This document shows positions 1 through 10,671 of a stretch of DNA of 64,000 nt, one piece after another. The DNA is taken from the NCBI GenBank assembly GCA_002269645.1, contig NIVC01001054.1, positions 19,412 to 83,411 on the forward strand, read 5' to 3'. The notes beneath the pieces are model-generated. The model did no database searches. It saw nothing but the letters and a program-made list of their open reading frames with translations, and was not told where the DNA came from. The position numbers and the translations under genes were made by a program. This stretch comes from Macrostomum lignano (lineage: Eukaryota). Position 1 is the first letter of the stretch, and each line of letters begins with the position of its first letter.

Positions 1-450
1 ATGCAGCAGATCCTGCACGGAGGAGAATCTCAGACTCCGCTCCTGCTGATAGCTGTCGTTGACCGAAGAGCAGGAAGGACTGGACAGATCGTGAATTATC
101 CGAACCCTGCCGTCAGACTTAGGGATCGCGCCGATAGCATTCACCATGACGCGTCCGCTAGCGGGTTTTAAGCGGCCAAGACGGAGCTCTTCGGAGAGTT
201 GCTTGTCAACCTGCTCGGCATGGTCAGTAGCAGAAAGGTAGTTGGAAGAATGCGTGAAGGCAGGCGGAGGCTTGTTGACGAGGCGGAAGCCGTTATGAAG
301 GCCTTTTCGGAGGAATCTCTCGTCTGGGTCGTTGCGTAGCAGAAGATTCCAAGAAGCCAAGTTCATGTCAGAAGACAGCACCCGATGCGGCGGGGGAGGC
401 AAGTCGGTGAGGGGATGCAAGCAATGGGATGGGGGCGGGTGGTGGCTATA
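1..450 (-). CDS. Reverse transcriptase (pol) N-terminal fragment of the retrotransposon, truncated by the window edge
   Basis: 150 open codons containing AIGAIPKSDGRVRIIHDLS and SVND motifs. Confidence 0.85.
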
Positions 451-489
451 TTAATTTAAAAGCATGGTGGCTATAAAATAAATCTAGTT

Positions 490-1537
490 TTTTTATCCCT
501 CCGCCGCATCGCTGCTCTGACGATGCAGTTGGGCGGGATGCGGCTTGCCGCAGCCAAGCAGCTAGCAGACGTACCGGTACCTGCAGCTGGACCGTTGACA
601 GCCAGCTGTTGAGTTGAAGCTCAGGCAGACGGGCGCCTGCGGCTGCGAGATACCGGATCGGTTCAAAGTGACCTTCAGATTGCGTGGAGCGTTCAGGTGG
701 CGATGGTACAGCTGCGGGGGTTCGCACCCCCACTGATGCAAGTCTCTGACTCGGCCATCAGCTTTCCCCTGTAGTCTTCATCGAACTCCCACACAACGTT
801 TGGGCTGTAGTTGGCATCCAGGAGTTCGCCGACCTTCTGGGAGTACAGCAGGTAGCTTCTCAGCTGGCTGGTGTTCACAAACCCGTCGTCATTCAGATAG
901 ATGAGCGAGCCGTTGTCAATCAGGCGCTGTAGGATTTGAGCATTGCCAGAGCTCCATTGGCCGGTGAAAATCTTGCTTATGTTTGGCGGCTGCTTTTTGA
1001 ACACCAGGTTGCCGTTTTCCACGCAGGCGGTCAGGCTCTCGCTTGACTGATTCGCGTTGGGCTTGACAAAGTCTCGGATCAGGTAGGCCCGGCTGCGCTT
1101 TCTGGCCGACTGACCGCTCTCTACACCTGCGCAAAATAAAAAGGCCTTATGCACACCAGCAGGAAAAGCTGTAGGCTCACCTTGAGAGGAGGCAGCAGTC
1201 AGTCTAGCTGATTCCCGTTGAGCTCGCGCTGCAGTTGAGCACGGCGCCGCGTCAGCGCCTTGATTTCCAGCTCTTCGACCTCCTAATTCCGCAGAGCCGC
1301 CAGGTCGCCAGCCGCCCCCCCCCCGTCGCCTCGTGCCCGCCTGTTGACTGGTCGTCGATGATTCCTGCATCAAGATCAGTCGAGCCGGAGCTGTCAGAGT
1401 CGGCTGCAGGAGCTTCAGGAGCAAGTGCGGCGGCATAGCCGTTCGTAGAGCTGTTGTTTGCAGCCTGTTTTTGGGAGACCGCGCTTGGCCAGCTCTGCTC
1501 TGAGCTGTCTAGCTGTTAGTGCGCATACACTTTCCAT
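490..1537 (-). pseudogene. gag/ORF1 of the retrotransposon: SAP domain, coiled coil, gag core, Cys/His finger; frameshifts and stops
   Basis: ATG at 1537 gives MESVCALTARQLRAELAKRGLPKTGCKQQLYERL (SAP consensus). Frameshifts fall near 1436, at the poly-C 1314-1324, near 1218 and near 768. In-frame TAG stops at 1282-1284 and 562-564. Probable intron 1180..1127. Confidence 0.75.
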
Positions 1538-1753
1538 GGTTGCTGACAAATAAAAAAATTTGCTAATAAAGAATCTGAGCACTTGCACACAGACGGCCAA
1601 GCCAGAAAATACTGGGTTTAAGAACCTCCGGCACGCGGCGGGGGGGGGGGGGGCGGAGGAGTGGTGGGCGAAGGGGGTGGGGTAGGGTTAACACACTTTA
1701 CACTGAGGCCCACGGAGCAGGCCTAGTGTAAAGTAGACAAAGTAAGTCTTCTG

Positions 1754-1840
1754 TAGGGACAACTAAAACATATGGTGTCCACAACTTTTTTACCATGATT
1801 TGGCGATCGTTTCGCGTCCCGAGTGTTTTAGTTGTCCCTG
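1754..1840. mobile_element. 87-bp hAT-type MITE
   Basis: 17-bp TIRs TAGGGACAACTAAAACA (1754-1770) and TGTTTTAGTTGTCCCTG (1824-1840); perfect 8-bp TSD GTCTTCTG (1746-1753, 1841-1848). Confidence 0.85.
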
Positions 1841-2514
1841 GTCTTCTGCATGTACTGATGGCACAAAAACAATCGATTAGCATACCATAGTCTTCCCAAA
1901 TGCAACTAAAAACATAAAGACAAAATGGCTAGAAAATTATGGTGACGAAATGTAGCTAACTTGCCACTTTACGCGCAGCAATTGTGCAATACAGGCAGAA
2001 TTTAAAATACATTGAGTTTTTAGCTCACAGAAATAAAAGTAATTAAAATTCGTTAAATGATTTTTTAGTGTAAAGCAAAAGATTTATTTTAAAATTCTTT
2101 TTTGATTTAAATAATTGTTACCAGCCAAAAGATTTAAATCTATCAGTTTTACACGAAATAATAAAAAGAGGAACATTAATAAATAGGTTCCGTTTCCGTT
2201 TTAGTTACATTGTGGGAGCAGAAAAAGGGAAACAGAGATATATAGCTCAGTTGCGTGTTATATTGAACCTTGAGTCTTTTCGTGAGTCTTGTGAATCAAA
2301 TCTTTTTTGCGATTGGTTTGCAGAAATAAAACTTCCTTTTTTCTCAAGACTAACTTCTGTTCTGATTCTAAGTGAGTTGAGTTTTTTAGTGTTTCTGAAG
2401 TTCGAAACACAACACTGGATATATTGACATTTTATTGTTAACTACTTTAGTTGTAAATTTAAAACCGACTATCCACGTATACAATATTCCATAACTTACT
2501 GGTTGACAGGTACA

Positions 2515-5500
2515 ATGGCTCATGCATATCCAGGTACAGCTATCTCAGGAGATGAACAACATGAAGAGAACGAAAATACAGATGAATCACATCGGAAGCG
2601 GAAGCTATCGTAAGTATATTTCTATGCTGCCAGCTGCTACAACTGAAGTTTTAACTAAACTCTCATGGGCATAGCTTTCTATCTTGTAATTTTTTATATT
2701 GTGCAATGTGAATTGGCAAACTAAGTATTAAGGTAAAATCAGGTTAATTTTTTTATTTGTTGAGGCAATTGAGAGAAAAAGTTTAAATAAGATAAAATCT
2801 ATGTAACAAATCTTTAAAATTCAATCACTCCATATAAATGATAAATTAGTTAGAGTAGGCCTATCCTTTCATTCAACTCCCACCTTAAATAGTCCTTAGG
2901 CCTAGCACAATTTCAAATTTAACAAATATTTTAAGAAGATTTTCTCAATTAGGGCCTAAGCCTATTCAAAATTATTTTTTATTCCTATAATTTTTTATTG
3001 AACTTGGTTTCTTGTGTTAGGCATTCTGACTCAATCATCTAAAAATAACTTTTATTTAAAAAATTAATTTTAAAAATAATCTCATGCCTTAGTTTTGATT
3101 ATGGCTATCACTGTAGTTTCATACATTAAATTATTTTGACTCCAGAAAAGTAATCTACAAAATATTTTGAGTACAAGAAACTACTTTTAAAAGACTTAAG
3201 CCTGATTAAGCACTATATTTCTATGCTTCAAAACTTTTTATTTTTAAAAAGCCAATTTGCTTTTGATTTACAGTTTAACTATCAGAGGCCTGCAACCAAC
3301 TGTAACTTTTTCAGTACCAGTGGCCACTCACTCTATGAGCTGTTGGGTCTGCAAAAAGAGGCCACAGATGAGGATATCAAGCGAGCATACCGCAAGGTAG
3401 ACAGAGATCTTATTAGCCAGATTATCAACCAATTGTATGCTTTCAAGGCACTTGTTTTAGTTTTCAATTCAAACATATTTCTTTTTTAGCTGGCACTGCG
3501 CTACCATCCAGACAAGAACCCTGACCCTGCGGCTGCAGAAACTGTGAGGCATCTGTGATATTTTCATCAAATTACATTGTATCTATTTTTTAGGCCTAAT
3601 CTGTAGCCTAATCTCATTGTGTCTTTATTATAATCAGTCTTGGGCACCAGTCCATTAATCAGTGCATTAGGCCTAATCCATTATTAAGTGTTAAGGTTTT
3701 TTGCACTAATGGATTAAGGAACTTTGCATTAATAATTTTTCAATTGAACAACAAATTAATTGTTAACATCAATGACAATGCCAATGAGACCAAATATGCA
3801 AATAAAGGACAAAATATAATTTACAATTTACAATAGTACAGATAGGCCTTAATTATTAAATTATTATCTTTGCTTATGATAATGATTATGCAAATTAGCA
3901 ATTTTTTTCTACAAACTTTAATTAATTAAAATATGAAATAGATATCTTACTTTATACATACTTTTTAAGTATTTTACATACACGATTTTACTTGTTATTT
4001 GTTACTTTTTAGCTCAAAAATTTTGCTTTGGATTACCTCTCAGTGTCAGATAAAAATATGGAAAAGCAATGACTGTATTATGAAGTCTATTTTTGGAAAA
4101 AGTGCAAAATTCCTGATTTTGGGACTAACACTTATTAACAATTGTCAGTTAACTTTCAATCAACTTAACAAAATTAAGAGTTTAAGTTGAGATTTTTTGC
4201 TCAAATGGCTACTGCTTTTGCTATTAACGGGAGTTAAAATTTTCATTAATGGTGCCCAACACTGATCTTATCTCGCTATATTAATATTTAAGCTCGGTAT
4301 ATAATCTCGCTGTGTCAGTATCTAATCTCACTGTGTTAGTACCTAATATCACTGTATCAGTATCTAATCTTACCGTGTCAGTATCTAATCTTTATAATCT
4401 AATCTACTTATGAAATTCGCATTAAGACTGCAATTTACTCCATTAATTTTTTCTCAACTTTCGAAACCAACTTTTTCGCATTCACAGTTTAAGGAGATCA
4501 ATCGGGCTCATAAAGTTCTCAGCGACCCCACTAAGCGAAAGATTTATGATCAGTATGGCTCGGTTGGACTGCAGCTTGCCTCACAGATTGGCGAGGAAAA
4601 CATGAGCGCCTACTTGATGATGCAGCATCCTTGTTTCAAGGTGAGCCGTCGTGTTTGATAATCTAGGGGTGAGATTTTCCTTCCTGATAATCTAGGGGTG
4701 AGATTTTCCTTCCTGATAATCTAGGGGTGAGATTTTCCTTCCTGATAATCTAGGGGTGAGATTTTCCTTCCTGATAATCTAGGGGTGAGATTTTCCTTCC
4801 TGATAAGCTATGGGTGAGATTTTTATGTGTGATAATCTATGGGTGAGATTTTCTCGTGTGATAATCTATGGGTGAGATTTCTCGTGTGATAATCTATGGG
4901 TGAGATTTCTCGTGTGATAATCTATGGGTGAGATTTCTCGTGTGATAATATGTGGGTGAGATTTCTCGTGTGATAATATATGGGTGAGATTTCTCGTGTG
5001 ATAATATGTGGGTGAGATTTTCTCGTGTGATAATCTATGGGTGAGATTTCTCGTGTGATAATCTATGGGTGAGATTTCTCGTGTGATAATATGTGGGTGA
5101 GATTTCTCGTGTGATAATATATGGGTGAGATTTCTCGTGTGATAATATGTGGGTGAGATTTCTCGTGTGATAATATATGGGTGAGATTTCTCGTGTGATA
5201 ATATGTGGGTGAGATTTTCTCGTGTGATAATCTATGGGTGAGATTTCTCGTGTGATAATCTATGGGTGAGATTTCTCGTGTGATAATCTATGGGTGAGAT
5301 TTCTCGTGTGATAATATGTGGGTGAGATTTCTCGTGTGATAATATATGGGTGAGATTTCTCGTGTGATAATCTATGGGTGAGATGATAATCTATGGGTGA
5401 GATTCTCATGTGTGATTATCTATAGGTGAGATTTTCGTGTCTGATAATCTATGGGTGAGATTTTCTCGTGTGATGATCTATCGTGTCTGATAATCTATGG

Positions 5501-6269
5501 GTGAGATTTTCTCGTGTGATAATCTATGGGTGAGATTTTCGTGTGATAATCTATGGGTGAGATTTTCGTGCCTGATAATCTATGGGTGAGATTATCGTGT
5601 CTGATAATCTGGGGTGAGATTATCGCATTGAATAATTGAGATTCGTGTCAAACAAGCGAGAAATCCAGCTCCCCATCGCTGGCAACCCTCATCTCTAATT
5701 CCAGTGCCTCATGATCTGCTGCTTCCTCTTTACCGGCTGCTGCTGCTGTTGCTGCTGCTGCCTCTGCTGCTGCTGCTGCTGCGGCAAGTGCAAGCCGTCC
5801 GATGATGAAGACGAAGATGGAGATCCGTTCGAAGTGAGGGCGGTGACAGCTGCAGGCCACATTGACAGCGCCTGTTTGGTGGCTTTTTAGACTCTAATAA
5901 AGGGGTAGACTTAAGGAAGTAGACTCTGAGGGAGTATAATTTAAGGGGGTAGAACCTACCTAAAGGAAGAAGGTAGACTCTAAAGTGGTAGACAGTAAAT
6001 AGAGAGACTCTTAGGGGTAGACTAAGAGGGTTGGCTAAGGGAGTAGTTATAAAGGGGTAAAAACAGGAGGTAGAATCTCTCACTGACTGCCCAACCTTTC
6101 TCTCTCCAAGCAGCCAAACGATGACTCAGGCCAAGACTCTGAGCAGCCACCGGTCGTTGTAGCGCAGCCCGCTCCCACCACCGCCGCACCCACCGTCATC
6201 GCTGCCCCGCCGCCTCCGGCCTACTCGTCGTCAAATGCCGACGCAGATGACGTCAAAATCACCGTCTGA
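2515..6269 (+). CDS. DNAJC5: Cysteine string protein (DnaJ C5), 6 coding exons, about 223 aa
   Basis: Exons 2515-2609, 3315-3396, 3490-3543, 4488-4640, 5705-5833, 6111-6269; all GT-AG and phase-consistent. J domain LYELLGLQK...YHPDKNPD...KRKIYDQYG, linker LASQIGEENM, cysteine string GC8LC6GKCKP. The last acceptor is a NAGNAG (6111 or 6114). Confidence 0.95.
3635..4264. mobile_element. Non-autonomous hAT-like element in DNAJC5 intron 3
   Basis: TIRs CAGTCTTGGGCACC (3635) and GGTGCCCAACACTG (ends 4264), one mismatch. TSD not preserved. A second partial copy lies at about 24830-25162. Confidence 0.65.
4641..5640 (+). repeat. 28-29-bp minisatellite filling DNAJC5 intron 4
   Basis: Unit GTGAGATTTCTCGTGTGATAATCTATGG; the first unit starts at the real donor. 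Confidence 0.95.
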
Positions 6270-6454
6270 CGATTTTGAATATCCGCTGACGCCTGATGCT
6301 GGGCTGGGCGGCTCTCTTTGAGCTCTGCTGCTCTGACATGACGCTTTGTAACTTTTTCAAATCAGTGGGACTTTTCTCAACTCCTAGTGTGTACTGTGTT
6401 CTTATCTTAGTATTCTTATTTATTTAGTTAGGGCCGCGATGAAAGTCTAGTGTG

Positions 6455-7445
6455 TGATAATCTATGGGTCAGGTTATCATGTGTGATAATCTATGGGTCA
6501 GGTTATCATGTGTGATAATCTATGGGTCAGGTTATCATGTGTGATAGTCTATGGGTCAGGTCATCATGTGTGATAATCTATGGGTCAGGTTATCATGTGT
6601 GATAGTCTATGGGTCAGGTTATCATGTGTGATAATCTATGGGTCAGGTTATCATGTGTGATAATCTATGGGTCAGGTTATCATGTGTGATAATCTATGGG
6701 TCAGGTTATCATGTGTGATAATCTATGGGTCAGGTTATCATGTGTGATAATCTATGGGTCAGGTTATCATGTGTGATAATCTATGAGTCAGGTTATCATG
6801 TGTGATAATCTATGGGTCAGGTTATCATGTGTGATAATCTATGAGTCAGGTTATCATGTGTGATAATCTATGGGTCAGGTTATCATGTGTGATAATCTAT
6901 GGGTCAGGTTATCATGTGTGATAATCTATGGGTCAGGTTATCATGTGTGATAATCTATGGGTCAGGTTATCATGTGTGATAATCTATGAGTCAGGTTATC
7001 ATGTGTGATAATCTATGGGTCAGGTTATCATGTGTGATAATCTATGGGTCAGGTTATCATGTGTGATAATCTATGGGTCAGGTTATCATGTGTGATAATC
7101 TATGGGTCAGGTTATCATGTGTGATAATCTATGAGTCAGGTTATCATGTGTGATAATCTACGGGTCGGATTATCGTGTGTATTTAATCATGCATCTATGG
7201 GTGAGAATATCTTGTGTGATAATCAATGAGTGAGATTATCTTGTGTGATAATCTAAAGGTGAAATTTTCTTGTGTGATAATCTATGGGTGAGATTATCGT
7301 GTCTGATAATCAATGGGTGAGATTATCGTGCCTGATAATCTATGGGTGAGATTATCGTGTCTGATAATCTATAGGTGAGATTATCGTGTCTGATAATCTA
7401 TGGGTGAGATTATCGTGTCTGATAATCTATGGGTAAGATTTTCTT
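6455..7445 (+). repeat. 29-bp minisatellite downstream of the DNAJC5 stop, related to the intron-4 array
   Basis: Unit GATAATCTATGGGTCAGGTTATCATGTGT. Confidence 0.95.
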
Positions 7446-8089
7446 GACTGATCCAATGAGATTTTTGTGGAGGTTTGTCGGATTCTCTTAGTTAATTTTG
7501 AATAATTAGCAAAGCACAAATATTCGGAACAAAGTTTGCAGAATTTGCAGAAAGTTTCCACACTTGCCTCAACTTTGCCGCCTAAAATTGTGTCCTTGTG
7601 TCTTTACATTTCATTGATTGTGATATAACAAATTTAACTAAACGCTTGCTATAATTAATGCTCAAGGTGCTGCTTATAAACCAATCAGTTCTGAAAGCCT
7701 GATATGTAGTTATCAACATATAATGTACATTTGTTAAAGTCGAATGTTTAGCTTGTTTCGTCTGTTCCTCAACCTCTTAGCCACCGACTGTTAGTATGCT
7801 ACTTTTTTTTGTTATTATGTTATTGTTATAATTATTGCTACAAATTGTGGCAGTTTTATCTTGCAGTATAATGTGGATAGCGAAATTGTTACCTTGTTTC
7901 ACAGTGACATATAGTGTAGTAAAGTAGATTTTTTTACTCAAAGACTCATTAGCTTTGATTTTATTGTTTAGCTAATAAATTTCATTTGATGCGTTCCAGT
8001 TGAAAATCTGTAAATCTTTTCTTTAGGCTAAGGGAATCAGAAAAGAGTGAAATTGAGAGTAGGAAAAAATTAAAATAAATTAAAGGGTT

Positions 8090-8300
8090 GATGGGGTAGA
8101 TAGAGATAGATGGAAGGGTAGATTGGGGTAGAATGATAGTAGATCTGGTAGAATAAGGGCAGATGAGGTAGAATCAAGGGTAGATAGGAGTAGAGTGCGG
8201 GTAGATATACATCTAGGGTAGAATAAAAGGTAGATAGGGGTAGAATGAAGGGTAGATAGGATTACATGCGTAAACAGAATTGTGTAGAAATGGGTAGAAC
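8090..8300 (+). repeat. Degenerate purine-rich GGTAGA repeat
   Basis: Repeated GGGTAGA/GATAG motifs; similar tracts at 5890-6080 and 17560-18070 (opposite strand). Confidence 0.6.
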
Positions 8301-8534
8301 AGTCCGTAGGCAACACAGATGGACGGAGAGGCGTACATGGAAGAGCTTAAGTGTGTATTAATTTTTATATATCATGTGGCTAAAGCGTACTTATGTTTTG
8401 TTTTTAATGTATTATTCAGTAATAGCAGTAATTTTGACACGGAACACGCCCAAAAGTTCGAAATATGATCAAATTGTTTATTGTGTGCTTGTTAATTTTG
8501 CATTCAATATTTCAAGCGCTTGTTTTTCAAGCGC

Positions 8535-9320
8535 TGATCTGGGAGGGTGGTAGAGTCCTACCTGAGATCTGGGAGGGTGATAGAGTCCTACCTGAGATCT
8601 GGGAGGGTGGTAGAGTCCTACCTGAGATCTGGGAGGGTGGTAGAGTCCTACCTGAGATCTGGGAGAGTGGTAGAGTTCTACCTGAGATCTGGGAGGGTGA
8701 TAGAGTCCTACCTGAGATCTGGGAGGGTGGTAGAGTCCTACCTGAGATCTGGGAGGGTGGTAGAGTCCTACCTGAGATCTGGGAGGGTGATAGAGTCCTA
8801 CCTGAGATCTGGGAGGGTGGTAGAGTCCTACCTGAGATCTGGGAGAGTGGTAGAGTTCTACCTGAGATCTGGGAGGGTGATAGAGTCCTACCTGAGATCT
8901 GGGAGGGTGGTAGAGTCCTACCTGAGATCTGGGAGGGTGGTAGAGTCCTACCTGAGATCTGGGGGGGGGGGGGCCTACCTGAGATCTGGGAGGGTGGTAG
9001 AGTCCTACCTGAGATCTGGGGGGGGGGGTTGGGGCCTACCTATGATCTGGGAGGGTGGTAGAGTCCTACCTGAGATCTGGGGGGGGCTACCTATGATCTG
9101 GGAGGGTGGTAGAGTCCTATACCTGAGATCTGGGGGGGGGCTACCAGCTACCTATGATCTGGGAGGGTGGTAGAGTCCTACCTGAGATCTGGGGGGGGGG
9201 GGTTGGGGCCTACCTATGATCTGGGAGGGTGGTAGAGTCCTACCTGAGATCTGGAAGGGTGGTAGAGTCCTACCTGAGATCTGGGAGAGTGATTACAGTC
9301 CAACCCGAGATCTGGGGGGG
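8535..9320 (+). repeat. 30-bp minisatellite
   Basis: Unit CTGAGATCTGGGAGGGTGGTAGAGTCCTAC; it explains ORFs 8465..9061 and 8547..9173. Confidence 0.95.
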
Positions 9321-10671
9321 GGGGTGGTAAAGCTCTCGCCGGCGCATTGCACTGGAGTTTTAAACCGTAGTGCAAGCTTTGCTCATAAATGCACATGCAC
9401 ATTGCGATGTGCAAGTCGTTGTCGTTAAAACGCTTTAAGTTTAAGGGCAGTGTTATAAACGGACTTTCAGAGAGCATGGCGATGCACGCGTCACCATGTA
9501 TCAATATATATTTGTAATGTTTCTGTGTGTACTTTTACCGAGTGCTTCTAGATGAGCATATATTTTTCCTTTTTATAGTTATTATATATTCAATATTATT
9601 ATTTAATCTGGCTTTACCGGACGATCAAGACGATTTTCCTTGCGCTAAATTATCAAATATTTGTTTATCAAGACTGTATTTAACGAAATGAATAATTATA
9701 AAAGAATTCTGCAGAATTAAGCAAAAGCAGCTTTGTTCGTGTGCCAGAACTGTGGACAAAGCTATTATTATTTTTATCATCATAAACATTTCAATTTTTC
9801 AAAATGACTGACCTTAAAAAATTTATAACAATAAGACGCAAAATACATCAATAATCCACGCATACTACTCGCATTGTGTGTGTACGAGCCTAGAAATGAT
9901 TATATCACATTTTTAACGATGCAATAGAGCCGCTTGTACTTTTAACCATTCATATACCTTACTTAAGTTTATACATGTTAATTGGTTTCCGATGACTGCA
10001 GAGAAAGTACATCATGTACGGTTATTCAACACATCCAAGAGTCTATTTGTCAAGTGACGCAAAATTCGAACTCTGTTTGGTAGCGGTGCCTTGTCAGACT
10101 ACTAATAGTAAGATAGGCGAATTTAGCCAGAATAAAAGATTCGCAGTGAGAGGTTCGTAAAGGTGTGGCACAAATTAATGCTATTATAAACAATCATCAC
10201 TACTGATCACTGAAGCAGTTTAGTGACGAAACAGTTAGATAAAAAGTAAAGGCAAATAACAATAGATAACTATACATACTGAAATATCAAGAAACGTTTT
10301 TAGGACTACTTCCTATTCTTTGTCATAAGTACTATTAGTAGTAGTAGAGCTTTCTACAATAATAATCATTTCATTTAAGTAGTTAGCAAAGATAATTTTA
10401 CGCTTCTTACTAAAAAGGAAATGATACTACTCAATTGAAAGTAGCTCAGTAGTATAACGCTTAATTAGAACGCATTTCAGGAATGCCGCCTGAATGACAG
10501 AAGAATTCAATGGTGATAAATTCAGCTGCAATCAGAGATTTGAATATTATGAAAAGAACAATAGAAAATTGCAATATACACAACGAGGACAAACAACATT
10601 TATTCTTAATGTCAAATTTGTGTGAACCAATTTGCGCGAGGCAATGCATTAGCGTAGAGCATGCATCGGAT

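Larger units (their letters stand above)
1..1690 (-). mobile_element. Decayed DIRS/Ngaro-type retrotransposon, 5' part (gag and start of RT); continues off the left edge
   Basis: Minus strand 450..1 is stop-free and reads DMNLASWNLLLRNDPDERFLRKGLHNGFRL...NAIGAIPKSDGRVRIIHDLSSP...SVND...LRFSSVQDLL, the typical N-terminus of a DIRS/Ngaro RT. Upstream gag pieces lie in shifted frames: YxxYxxxVxxLxxxxYxxxxVxxFDEDYR...HQWG and the finger CLSFNSTAGCQRSSCRYRYVC*LLGCGKPH. The recombinase ORF is not in the window, so the subfamily call rests on gag/RT motifs. The left boundary is approximate. Confidence 0.85.

Noticed and set aside
1800-1910. Possible small minus-strand gene (ATG|GTATGC...CATCAG, 31-nt intron) disrupted by the MITE
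   Set aside because: After removing the MITE the frame gives only a 24-aa unrecognisable peptide.
8465-9173. Long repetitive ORFs, here and at 20089-20750, 21403-22226, 22978-23418, 37213-38475, 39104-39603, 51570-53822, 54761-55409, 55964-56593, 59623-60094, 60799-61378 and 63485-63994
   Set aside because: They are translations of stop-free minisatellites or microsatellites, mostly inside introns, open in several frames at once and without coding features.
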